Origin: Candidatus Levyibacteriota bacterium
Lineage (GTDB): Bacteria; Patescibacteriota; Microgenomatia; Levybacterales; UBA12049
Direction of reading: 5' to 3'
NCBI GenBank assembly: GCA_963790825.1
Contig: CAWBPM010000002.1
Span: forward strand, 167,159 to 231,158
Length of the DNA: 64,000 nt
Below, piece by piece: positions 29,536-39,045 of this stretch (position 1 is its first letter; every line of letters begins with the position of its first letter). The notes beneath the pieces are model-generated. The model had not been told where the DNA came from, did no database searches, and was given only the letters and a program-made list of their open reading frames with translations. The position numbers and the translations under genes are program-made.

Positions 29536-29718
29536 ATGGATTTAAATAAATTAGCTTCTAAGATAACCAGAGAGGCAACTGAGGATAAAAACCCTGCAGC
29601 GGTAGCTCTCGGACGACTAGGTGGATTAAAAGGTGGGCCAGCACGTGCCGCAAAATTAACTACTAAGAAGAAAAAACAAATTGCAAAGAAAGCCGCACGA
29701 GTCCGCTGGCATAAATGA
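29536..29718 (+). CDS. conserved small basic protein (KGG/AAVALGRLGGLKGG-motif family)
   Basis: MDLNKLASKITREATEDKNPAAVALGRLGGLKGGPARAAKL...ARVRWHK resembles a widespread small-protein family that I recall only loosely. Confidence 0.45.
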   Translation: MDLNKLASKITREATEDKNPAAVALGRLGGLKGGPARAAKLTTKKKKQIAKKAARVRWHK

Positions 29719-29812
29719 CTTAATCTCTTTTATTTATCCAAGAATTTCTTTAAAATAGTGTCTAGAACCCCGGATTTACGGCGCCTTAAGATTTATAGTG
29801 TGTTAGGAAAGG

Positions 29813-30727
29813 TCAAAGAGCTGGATATTCTTGATGAAATTCTCTATTCGCTTTGTCTAAATCACTGCTAGTATCTGCCTGTAATACCCTTTCAACACGA
29901 TTAAGTACTTCTTCATCGATTTCAACTTGTCCCGAGAATGCAGGATAGTTTGTGGCAAATTCCTGCCTAGCCTGTTCGAGATCCCTTTGTGTTTGATTTC
30001 CTAGTATTCGGTCCAGATTGTCTAATATGCGTGTAGGTTTATCACCTTCTGTACCTATTTGAGCTATTCTCAAAAATCTCTTTTGTTCTTTTGCAACAGC
30101 TGCGTTAATAACTCTTGTTGCTTGGGGAATATCGAGTTGTTCAGTATTAGGATGCGCACTTTGTATCGCCTGATTCATATATACAACAGTCTCCGGGGTA
30201 AATGTACGGGAAAAAGGCAATGCAAGCGATTCTTCATCACATTCTGTAATATCGCCATCCGTTGCTCCTGCTCGAATTATGCTATAAGTATATTTCAGAG
30301 GTGGTTCAATAGACGTATCATTTACATCATAAAATATCATTCTCAATGATGCTGGATTTGCTACGTATTGTTTATATTCAGCATTTTCTGCAGGTTCTCC
30401 TAATTTGAATCTTCTAAAATCTGTACTATCTCCTTCCTCTACTGGCAATAGGCTTACATGCACGCTACCCCTAAATTGTTGCGTTGTGCTATCAGGCGTG
30501 TAGGAACCGCCAGTAATTGCTGCAGGTATAATACCAAGCGCTGTAGTTTCAATATTTGTTGCGGGATCAATTTTTGCATCCCATGAGAGAGTAGCCCCGC
30601 GTCCTCGTTGAGTTGCCAAAAAACCTATATATTCATCGGCCTTTTCTAAATAATAAGCACTCCTGACTGATGTTTTAGTCCTACTAAGTCTCGATAATTG
30701 TAGAGGGGCTTCTGCTGAGGTTGACAT
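29813..30727 (-). CDS. hypothetical protein with C-terminal tandem repeat
   Basis: The C-terminus has two ~17-aa repeats, DLEQARQEFATNYPAF and DLDKANREFHQEYPAL. Confidence 0.45.
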   Translation of the reverse strand: MSTSAEAPLQLSRLSRTKTSVRSAYYLEKADEYIGFLATQRGRGATLSWDAKIDPATNIETTALGIIPAAITGGSYTPDSTTQQFRGSVHVSLLPVEEGDSTDFRRFKLGEPAENAEYKQYVANPASLRMIFYDVNDTSIEPPLKYTYSIIRAGATDGDITECDEESLALPFSRTFTPETVVYMNQAIQSAHPNTEQLDIPQATRVINAAVAKEQKRFLRIAQIGTEGDKPTRILDNLDRILGNQTQRDLEQARQEFATNYPAFSGQVEIDEEVLNRVERVLQADTSSDLDKANREFHQEYPAL

Positions 30728-30796
30728 AATTAATATATACTCTAATTTTATCTGAAAAGCAATACAAAATTATATAGGTAATTGCCAAAATAATCT

Positions 30797-31594
30797 TTAA
30801 TCGTTTTCAATTCTCTTCCACAAATCTGTTGGTAGTACCTTTGCCAGTAGTTTCTCCTTAATCGTTATATAAAACTTAAGATCGTAATACTCTTCATTCA
30901 TAACAATTCGAGTACATCTTGTTATTTTCTTTTGTTCATATGGCGTTTGGGCAACGAGAAGGACAATGGGAAACTCCACTTTTGTTTGCTCGTCCCAGTC
31001 TCCCTCAGAACAAGTACTATATCTTCGTATTTTACTTTTAATAAATCTCTTAGGAATTTTTTCATCAATAAGTTCAATAAAGTATCGTTTTGTTTTTATA
31101 TCTTTTTTCCTGACACTGATGTATCCATCTGGAAGAGGTTGAGGGAAATGCATATAACCATTAAGATCTACCATGGTATAAAATTTAAGAGTTTTTCCTT
31201 CTGTTATTGCTTGTTGTTCCAGTCGATACGAAATCTTTGCAATATCATTACAATGAGTTTTAAATCTGTCACTTCTCGTCTTTTCCCGATAGAGATTACT
31301 CAGGATATATGGCTCACATTCTTTTTGTGTTTCAAGTATTTTTCTTGATTTAAAACTCAGACAATATATTGCCGGTTTAGTTCTATTAACAAATGACTCT
31401 TTATCATAGAACTGATGAATATATCCTTTGTCCTTTAATTTCTTTAACCATTGTTGTATACGAGTTGGTAATTTATGTTTAAGATAGAGTTGAATTGTTG
31501 GCGTATCTAAGAATCTGAAGCGGTAGAGTAGTAGAAGAATCTCTAGTTGTTTTTTAGTAATATTGAGTTGTTTCATATAAAAGTGTTGCAACAC
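30797..31594 (-). CDS. replication-relaxation family protein (second paralog)
   Basis: KKQLEILLLLYRFRFLDTPTIQLYLKH shares its motif with the ORF at 16101..16922. Confidence 0.55.
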   Translation of the reverse strand: MLQHFYMKQLNITKKQLEILLLLYRFRFLDTPTIQLYLKHKLPTRIQQWLKKLKDKGYIHQFYDKESFVNRTKPAIYCLSFKSRKILETQKECEPYILSNLYREKTRSDRFKTHCNDIAKISYRLEQQAITEGKTLKFYTMVDLNGYMHFPQPLPDGYISVRKKDIKTKRYFIELIDEKIPKRFIKSKIRRYSTCSEGDWDEQTKVEFPIVLLVAQTPYEQKKITRCTRIVMNEEYYDLKFYITIKEKLLAKVLPTDLWKRIEND

Positions 31595-31767
31595 CTACTT
31601 TTATAAATAGAAAGATGCTGTCAATTATACCTCAGTTAGCCTTAAATACAAGAGATAATCTGCGTGTAGCCTACACGCTATTACTAGATGATCGAAGGTA
31701 CTATTTTTAGTAGTGAAAAGTCATCTTTCATCTTGACAATGCTTGATCGGTCAAGTATAATATACTC

Positions 31768-32559
31768 ATGAATATATTAAGTTTGGAGGAGAAAACGAAA
31801 GTTATTAGCGCATTAGTAGAAGGTAACTCAATAAGAGCAACTTGCCGAATGACAGGGATTGCTAAAGGTACAATTACGCGTTTATTGGTTAGTGTAGGTA
31901 GAGCATGTGCTGAGTATCAAGATAAAGTACTACGAAATCTTCCCTGTAAGAATATTCAATGCGATGAAATATGGGCATTTTGTTATGCAAAAGAAAAAAA
32001 CGTACCTGAAGAATTTAAAGGAATGTACGGGTATGGAAGTGTCTGGACATGGACTGCTCTGGATGCTGATACTAAACTTGTTCCTTCCTGGCGTATTGGA
32101 TCACGAGATGCGATAGACGGAATGACATTTATGAATGATCTAAAAAGCCGTCTTGCTAATCGGGTACAGTTAACAACTGATGGACACAAAGTTTATCTGC
32201 AAGCTGTTGAAAATGCTTTCGGTTCAGAAGTTGATTATGCAATGTTAATCAAAATATATGGAAAACAACCGGAAGAAGAAAAGAGATATAGTCCAGCTGA
32301 ATGCGTTGGAACTGAAACACAAATCATGCAGGGTAAACCTGATACTAAAAATATCTCAACAAGTTATATCGAACGACAAAACTTAACCATGCGAATGAGT
32401 ATGCGAAGATTTACAAGATTAACCAATGGGTTTTCAAAAAAGGTAGAAAACTTAGAATGTGCAATAGCACTTCATTTTATGTACTACAATTTCTGTAGGC
32501 CGCATAAAACACTTAATCAAAAAAGAAACTTAGGTATAACTCCTGCTATTGGCATCTAG
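31768..32559 (+). CDS. IS1-family transposase (fused InsAB-like, N-terminal HTH plus DDE domain)
   Basis: N-terminal HTH (TCRMTGIAKGTITR). CDEIWAFCYAKEKN...WTWTALDADTKLVPSWRIGSRD...TTDGHKVY matches the IS1 InsB motif order (DE.W.F...K...W.W.A.D......G.R....TD). Confidence 0.7.
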   Translation: MNILSLEEKTKVISALVEGNSIRATCRMTGIAKGTITRLLVSVGRACAEYQDKVLRNLPCKNIQCDEIWAFCYAKEKNVPEEFKGMYGYGSVWTWTALDADTKLVPSWRIGSRDAIDGMTFMNDLKSRLANRVQLTTDGHKVYLQAVENAFGSEVDYAMLIKIYGKQPEEEKRYSPAECVGTETQIMQGKPDTKNISTSYIERQNLTMRMSMRRFTRLTNGFSKKVENLECAIALHFMYYNFCRPHKTLNQKRNLGITPAIGI

Positions 32560-32608
32560 TGTAGCAACTAAGCCCTGGAGGATTGAAGATATTGTAAAGC
32601 TGCTTGAT

Positions 32609-32628
32609 TCAAATTGACCCACTACCAT
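32609..32628 (+). repeat. right copy of the 20-bp inverted repeat (TCAAATTGACCCACTACCAT)
   Basis: Reverse complement of 29461..29480. Together the pair bounds a 3168-bp segment. Confidence 0.7.
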
Positions 32629-32698
32629 ATAAATCCTCTATTTGCTAATTCGAAAAATCTCCTTTATAATAGTTGTTTGATCTTTTCTAAGCTATTCT

Positions 32699-35641
32699 AT
32701 GGATAAAATCATCATAAAAGGAGCCAGGGAGCATAATCTTAAAAATATGGACAAGATAATTATTAAGGGTGCAAGAGAGCACAATTTAAAGAATATAGAT
32801 TTGGAAATAGCGAAGAACAAATTAGTTGTTTTAACAGGTCTTTCAGGGAGCGGTAAATCGTCTCTGGCGTTTGATACGATTTATGCCGAAGGACAAAGGC
32901 GTTACGTTGAAAGTCTGTCTTCATATGCCAGACAATTTCTGGGCACAATGAAGAAGCCGGATGTTGACTTAATAGAAGGTTTATCTCCCGCAATTTCAAT
33001 TGACCAGAAAGCATCTTCTCACAATCCCCGCTCAACTGTCGGAACAGTAACTGAAATTTATGATTATCTCCGCTTATTGTTCGCCCGCGTCGGGCACCCA
33101 CATTGTCCGAATTGCGGACGTGAAATAACCCAACAATCGAAAGATCAAATCACGAGTATTATTTTGGATTTCTACAAAAAATATGTAGGTCCCGGTCAAA
33201 AAACTGTTAGAGTTCTTGTTCTGGCTCCTTTAGTAAAAGACAGAAGAGGCGAATATACGGATTTATTTTTTAGTTTAAAAAAACGGGGATACCGAAAAGT
33301 TAGAATTGATAAAAAAGTTTATTCGCTGGATGACGATGTTGTTCTGATTAAGACAAACAAACATACTATCGAACTTGTCATCGATTCGCTGGTAATTGCG
33401 CGGGAGACAGAACGGGCCAGGCTCGCAACGGACGTTGAACAAGCATTGAAATTTGGTAATGGAGAGATGATTCTCTCACTTATCCGCGACGCATCGTTTG
33501 CTCTGCCTGAATTCCCCAAAAAAATGGAAGATCATCTGTTTTCCGAGAAATTCGCCTGCCCTGTTTGTAATATTTCCATCTCCGAGGTAGAACCGAGAAT
33601 ATTTTCCTTTAATACCCCGCATGGGGCATGCCCGATGTGTTCCGGAATCGGAAGAATATTAAATGTCGACCGGGAATTGGTATTTAATGACAATCTGACA
33701 ATTAACGAAGGAGGTATTACGCCGTTTTTTAATTTATCAACGCATGACACGTGGTTTTCCCGGACTTTCCGGACATTTTGTGAAGAAAATGATATTCCAC
33801 TGAAAGTAAAACTGGAAAAAGTTTCCGACGCAAAAAAAGAATTACTCCTGAACGGTACCGGAGGTAAAGAATATTCGGTAACCGGTGAAAATCGCTGGGG
33901 ACGGGAAACGGTTATCAGCGAGCCTTTCCTGGGAATCGGACATGAACTGAAGCGGAGGTATTCGGAATCGGATTCTCAGTTTATGAAAACACAGATCGAA
34001 AAGTATATGCGCTATGATACCTGTCCCGAATGTCATGGTTCCAGACTTAAAAAAGAAGCATTATCGGTAAGCCTGAATGACAAATCAATAGTCGAGGTGA
34101 GTGATATGTCAATTGCGAAAGCACTTGTCTTTATGAATAAACTGCCGGAAATACTAAGTAATAGGGAAAATGAGATCGGGAAGCTTATTCTGCGCGAAAT
34201 CAGGCAGCGTTTGACCTTTCTTGAAGATGTGGGTCTTGAGTATCTGACGCTTAACCGGGCAGCGGCTACATTGGCAGGAGGCGAAGCGCAGCGGATTCGT
34301 CTGGCTTCGCAGATAGGATCGGGATTGACAGGCGTTTTATACGTACTTGATGAGCCGTCAATCGGACTGCATCAGCGGGATAACTCGAAACTTATTGAAA
34401 CTTTGAAAAAACTCCGTGACTTGGGAAATACCGTAATCGTTGTTGAACACGATGAGGAAACGATGATGGCGTCTGATTATATGTACGATTTCGGTCCGGG
34501 AGCAGGGGCGTATGGCGGGTGGATTATTGCCGAAGGAACGGTTGAAGAAATTAAAAAAAATCCTAACTCTGTTACCGGCTTGTACCTCTCGGATAAGAAA
34601 AAAATTTCAATTCAAAAAACTCCCGATTTTAGTTTGGTTAAAAAAGAGCTGCAAACAATTAAAATAATCGGAGCATTAGAGCATAATTTAAAAAATATAT
34701 CTGTCGAATTTCCTCTCCATAAACTGATAGTAGTCACCGGCGTTTCGGGAAGCGGAAAATCCACTTTGGTAAATGATATTTTATACCACGCGCTGATGCG
34801 TTCGCAAAATCCATATCACAGGCAAAAACCCGGCAAGTTTTCCCGGATAGAAGGAGACAAATTTATCAGAAATGTCTTTGCCATAGACCAATCGCCAATC
34901 GGCAGAACACCCCGAAGTAATCCCGTTACCTATACCGGTGCCTTTTCCTATATCAGAGAGATTTTTGCTTCGTCAAAAGAAGCGAAAATACGCGGATACG
35001 GACCGGGCAGATTTTCCTTTAACGTAAAAGGAGGCAGGTGCGAGGCGTGTGAAGGAGAGGGGCAAATTAAAATAGAAATGCAGTTTCTGCCCGACGTGTA
35101 TGTTACATGTGAAGTCTGCCTGGGGAAACAGTATAACCATGAGGCGCTTGAAATATTGTTTAACGGGAAAAATATCGCGGATGTGTTGGACATGAGTGTC
35201 GAAGAAGCATTAAAGTTTTTCTCCTTTGCACCGGGATTATCGCATAAACTGCAAACCCTCACAGACGTAGGACTTTCCTATATCGGTATCGGGCAGCCGG
35301 CGCCGACATTGTCGGGAGGAGAAGCGCAGAGAATAAAACTGGCAACGGAACTTTCAAAACGCGGCAGAGATGCCCTCTATCTTCTGGATGAACCGACGAC
35401 CGGACTTCACTTTGCCGACCTTGAAAAGCTTCTGTTTGTTCTCAGAAAACTGGTAGACGTCGGAAACACGGTAATTGTTATTGAGCACAACTTAGATGTA
35501 ATTAAAAATGCCGATTACATCATAGACCTCGGTCCTGAGGGTGGAGAAAGAGGCGGGGAAGTCGTCGCAGTCGGAACTCCTGAAGAAATAGCAAATAATC
35601 CTGCGTCGGAAACCGGGAAGTTTTTAAAGAAAGTGTTATAG
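32699..35641 (+). CDS. uvrA: excinuclease ABC subunit A
   Basis: Two ABC ATPase modules (GLSGSGKSS, GVSGSGKST), zinc fingers (CPNCG, CPVCN, CEAC, CEVC) and LSGGEAQR signatures. The true start is probably the second ATG at 32747, because the first 16 codons are a diverged duplicate of the next 16. Confidence 0.9.
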   Translation: MDKIIIKGAREHNLKNMDKIIIKGAREHNLKNIDLEIAKNKLVVLTGLSGSGKSSLAFDTIYAEGQRRYVESLSSYARQFLGTMKKPDVDLIEGLSPAISIDQKASSHNPRSTVGTVTEIYDYLRLLFARVGHPHCPNCGREITQQSKDQITSIILDFYKKYVGPGQKTVRVLVLAPLVKDRRGEYTDLFFSLKKRGYRKVRIDKKVYSLDDDVVLIKTNKHTIELVIDSLVIARETERARLATDVEQALKFGNGEMILSLIRDASFALPEFPKKMEDHLFSEKFACPVCNISISEVEPRIFSFNTPHGACPMCSGIGRILNVDRELVFNDNLTINEGGITPFFNLSTHDTWFSRTFRTFCEENDIPLKVKLEKVSDAKKELLLNGTGGKEYSVTGENRWGRETVISEPFLGIGHELKRRYSESDSQFMKTQIEKYMRYDTCPECHGSRLKKEALSVSLNDKSIVEVSDMSIAKALVFMNKLPEILSNRENEIGKLILREIRQRLTFLEDVGLEYLTLNRAAATLAGGEAQRIRLASQIGSGLTGVLYVLDEPSIGLHQRDNSKLIETLKKLRDLGNTVIVVEHDEETMMASDYMYDFGPGAGAYGGWIIAEGTVEEIKKNPNSVTGLYLSDKKKISIQKTPDFSLVKKELQTIKIIGALEHNLKNISVEFPLHKLIVVTGVSGSGKSTLVNDILYHALMRSQNPYHRQKPGKFSRIEGDKFIRNVFAIDQSPIGRTPRSNPVTYTGAFSYIREIFASSKEAKIRGYGPGRFSFNVKGGRCEACEGEGQIKIEMQFLPDVYVTCEVCLGKQYNHEALEILFNGKNIADVLDMSVEEALKFFSFAPGLSHKLQTLTDVGLSYIGIGQPAPTLSGGEAQRIKLATELSKRGRDALYLLDEPTTGLHFADLEKLLFVLRKLVDVGNTVIVIEHNLDVIKNADYIIDLGPEGGERGGEVVAVGTPEEIANNPASETGKFLKKVL

Positions 35642-35763
35642 AAACAAATTTTACTAAAGTAATAATTATTTAAACTTTATTTTCAGAGCTGTAAATTAGC
35701 ATTAAAACAACCTTAGGTTAATACGTTCCGCGAGACGTAGATATAATTTAGTTTTGTAGAAAC

Positions 35764-37611
35764 TTGTTGTTTTATAGTAAACTACGGTATATGAAGAAAT
35801 TTATTTCGTCAGTTCTTGTTTGTCTGGTTCTTCTTTTATTTTTGCCCGTTACAGGTTTTGCTTCTTCGGATTTTTCAACCGGATATAACGTCAACTACTC
35901 TGTGTCTGAAAACTCCAACACACATGCAGTTATGCAAGTAGACCTGGCCAATAAAACCAGCGAATATTTTGCTTCTTCTTACAAGATTGAAGTCGGGTTT
36001 CAGCATATCCAAAATGTCCAGGCGAATGACAGTCTTGGACCGATTACACCCATCGTTACTCAGACAAAAGAGGGAAATATTATTGCTCTGACTTTTAATA
36101 AACATGTTGTCGGTATAAATAACAGTCTTCACTTTACGTTGTCTTTTGATACACCTGATATCGCGCAAAAACTGGGAAGCATTTGGGAAATTAATATTCC
36201 GGGAATTACTAACCAGGATGATTTCACGAATTTTAACGTCAACGTTATCGTGCCAAAAAGTTTTGCCAACGCGTCATATATTAAACCGGAACAGTTAAAT
36301 AATAATTTATCATTTACGAAAGAACAGCTGGGTAAATCGGGTATTTCGATTGCCTTTGGCGAGAAGCAAATTTATGCGTTTAGTCTGAAATATCATTTAC
36401 AAAATAAGAATGTCTTTCCGGTTAATAGCGAAATTGCACTTCCCCCAAACACCAATTATCAAACAGTGTTTATCGATACGATGAACCCCCGCCCAAATAA
36501 CGTAATTATTGATAAAGACGGAAATTGGCTGGCACAATATACATTATTGCCGTCCAAAAAAATAGATGTAACCGTTACAGGACAAACTCAGCTTTCACTT
36601 TACCCTGAGCAAGAAATTCTCTCAAATTCAATGCGTGCCGATTATCTTTTACCGAGACCGTATTGGCAGACAAATAATAAAAATATTATAGAGATTGCCA
36701 AGACTTTAAAAACTCCTCAGGAAATTTATGATTATGTAGTGAACACGCTCCGCTATGATTTTTCACGAATTGGCGGCGACCAAACGAGACTCGGGGCTGC
36801 GGATGTTCTTTCCCATCCGGACCGGGCAGTTTGTCTGGAGTTTACCGATCTCTTTATCGCACTTTCCCGTGCATCGGGCATTCCCGCCCGGGAAATCGAC
36901 GGATTTGCCTATACGGAGAATGCTAAAGAACGGCCGGTTTCACTGCTCCGCGATGTTTTGCATGCCTGGCCCGAGTATTATGATTCTAAGAGTAAGATGT
37001 GGATTATGGTTGATCCGACATGGGGAAATACTACCGGAGGAGTCGATTATTTTCATACACTTGATTTTGATCACGTTGCATTCGTGATTAAGGGCGAAGA
37101 CAGTGAATATCCGATACCTGCCGGCGGATACAAGCTGGATTCAAATCAAAACAGTAAAGATATAGACATCCGTTTTACTAATTTAACAGAGACGGTTAGT
37201 CCCGAAGTGTCGATTGCTTCGAATTTCCCCTCTTTTATGATGTCCGCATTTCCCCTGGAAGGCAATATAAACATCGTAAACACCGGTCATTCTCTCGTTG
37301 ACACACAAGATTTTCTGGTGACTTCAAATGCATTAACGCCTAAAAGTCAAAAAATAGAAACTCCGCAAATTCCGCCATTCGGGCAAGCAAATACCGGTCT
37401 TACCTTTAGGGCGACATCTTTTTTGACAAACCAAAGCTTTATCTTTACAATACATGCAGGAAATCAAGCAATAGATGAGACTATTCATGTGTCTCCATTG
37501 AGCCTAAGCAAAAAATCACTGATCATAGGAGGTATTGGTGTATTATTTACGATCTTCATATTTGTCATTGCCGGAAAAACCAGGCGTTTACTTGTTTCTA
37601 AACGTAGATAG
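35764..37611 (+). CDS. secreted transglutaminase-like cysteine-protease-domain protein with C-terminal TM anchor
   Basis: Signal peptide followed by the Cys-His-Asp triad context (DRAVCLEFTDLF, HAWPEYYD, MVDPTW). A C-terminal TM segment precedes KTRRLLVSKRR. Confidence 0.65.
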   Translation: MLFYSKLRYMKKFISSVLVCLVLLLFLPVTGFASSDFSTGYNVNYSVSENSNTHAVMQVDLANKTSEYFASSYKIEVGFQHIQNVQANDSLGPITPIVTQTKEGNIIALTFNKHVVGINNSLHFTLSFDTPDIAQKLGSIWEINIPGITNQDDFTNFNVNVIVPKSFANASYIKPEQLNNNLSFTKEQLGKSGISIAFGEKQIYAFSLKYHLQNKNVFPVNSEIALPPNTNYQTVFIDTMNPRPNNVIIDKDGNWLAQYTLLPSKKIDVTVTGQTQLSLYPEQEILSNSMRADYLLPRPYWQTNNKNIIEIAKTLKTPQEIYDYVVNTLRYDFSRIGGDQTRLGAADVLSHPDRAVCLEFTDLFIALSRASGIPAREIDGFAYTENAKERPVSLLRDVLHAWPEYYDSKSKMWIMVDPTWGNTTGGVDYFHTLDFDHVAFVIKGEDSEYPIPAGGYKLDSNQNSKDIDIRFTNLTETVSPEVSIASNFPSFMMSAFPLEGNINIVNTGHSLVDTQDFLVTSNALTPKSQKIETPQIPPFGQANTGLTFRATSFLTNQSFIFTIHAGNQAIDETIHVSPLSLSKKSLIIGGIGVLFTIFIFVIAGKTRRLLVSKRR

Positions 37612-38857
37612 AAAAATTATTTACGTAGGGAAAGCCAAGAATCTAAAAGCACGGGTTTCATCGTACTTTACAAATATTAAACAACTGGGCGAGAAGACCA
37701 GGGCTCTGACAGAGCAGATAGATAAAATTAAAATTGTCATCGTTGAATCCGAACTTGAATCACTCCTCCTCGAGGCATTTTACATTAAAAAGTATAAACC
37801 AAAATACAACATCAGGCTTACCGACAGTAAATCATATCTTCTTATACGCATAACAGTTAAAGACCGTTTTCCGGCAGTTTTATTAGCCCGGAGAATGGAT
37901 GATCCGAACTCCCTTTATTTCGGGCCATATCCCAATTCTCAGGCAATTAAATCGGTATTAAAAACCCTGCGGCGTATTTTCCCCTTTATGTCGACTATAA
38001 ATCATCCGGCCCGAAGGTGTTTATATAACCACCTCGATCTTTGCCCTTGTTTACCATTTAACGATACTCGTGAAAAAAGAAAAGAAAACCTGGAAAATCT
38101 AAAAAATATTATCAGGATCCTTGAAGGCGGAACCCGAAAGTTGCTGAAAGAACTTGAAAAAGATCGGGAACTGGCAAGTAAAAACGAGAGGTTTGAAGAA
38201 GCCCTCATTCTGCAAAAACGAATTAACGCACTTCGCTATATTACGCAGCCGTTTTATCAACCCATTGAGTATGACCTGAATCCGAACTTGCGTGAAGATA
38301 TCAGACATAAAGAATTGACGGATCTTAGGAAAATTTTAGAACACGCGGGATATCTGATCGAAAAAGAAATAACCAGAATTGAATGCTACGACATTTCCCA
38401 TATCCAGGGAACAAATACCACGGGATCAATGGTAGTATTTATTAACGGAGAAAAGGAATCATCGCAATATAGAAAGTATAGAATTCGTCACTTAAAAACG
38501 CCTGATGATTTTGCTTCAATGCGGGAAGTTTTGACCAGAAGATTTAGGCATACGGAGTGGGATTACCCGGATCTTCTTGTTATTGACGGCGGAAAGGGAC
38601 AAGTATCTGCCACACTTGATGTTTTACGGGAGTTACAATTGCAAATTCCCTTGATTGGTCTTGCAAAAAGAATAGAAACAATTGTGATTCCCACAAATCA
38701 CCCAAAATTTATCTTAGATAAAAAAGAAAATTTTAGAGAAGTAGTGCTACCCCATGAACTTGGTGCCCTAAAACTTTTGATGCGGATCAGAGACGAAGCG
38801 CACAGGTTCGCGATTACATATCACCGGAAACTCCGGTCAAAAGCAGCAATTAGTTAG
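37535..38857 (+). CDS. uvrC: excinuclease ABC subunit C lacking the C-terminal (HhH)2 domain
   Basis: GIY-YIG domain (PGVYLF...IYVGKAKNLKARVSSYF), a UVR motif, and an RNase H-like endonuclease domain (ECYDISHIQGT...VIDGGKGQ). It ends at 440 aa. The annotated start overlaps the previous gene by 77 nt; a TTG at 37567 is an alternative start. Confidence 0.75.
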   Translation: MVYYLRSSYLSLPEKPGVYLFLNVDRKIIYVGKAKNLKARVSSYFTNIKQLGEKTRALTEQIDKIKIVIVESELESLLLEAFYIKKYKPKYNIRLTDSKSYLLIRITVKDRFPAVLLARRMDDPNSLYFGPYPNSQAIKSVLKTLRRIFPFMSTINHPARRCLYNHLDLCPCLPFNDTREKRKENLENLKNIIRILEGGTRKLLKELEKDRELASKNERFEEALILQKRINALRYITQPFYQPIEYDLNPNLREDIRHKELTDLRKILEHAGYLIEKEITRIECYDISHIQGTNTTGSMVVFINGEKESSQYRKYRIRHLKTPDDFASMREVLTRRFRHTEWDYPDLLVIDGGKGQVSATLDVLRELQLQIPLIGLAKRIETIVIPTNHPKFILDKKENFREVVLPHELGALKLLMRIRDEAHRFAITYHRKLRSKAAIS

Positions 38858-39045
38858 GGACTGTTGAAATTTAGCTCGGCAGCCTCGCCCCGCTAACGCC
38901 TTGGCGAAGCGTACAAATTTTTCTTGATACGCAGTTCTCCCGATTCAATCGGGATTCGCTTACATCTTGCGAAAAATCTGTCTACCTCGCTCATTTCTTT
39001 AGTTTAATCATAAAAAAATCATTTATGAATAAGACAAACAAGATT

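Noticed and set aside
38858-39045. Apparent similarity between the uvrC-downstream spacer and the 62560..62660 region (shared CGCTAACGC)
   Set aside because: Only a 9-mer is identical. The expected chance-match count between two ~200-nt regions is not negligible, so I do not call a repeat family.
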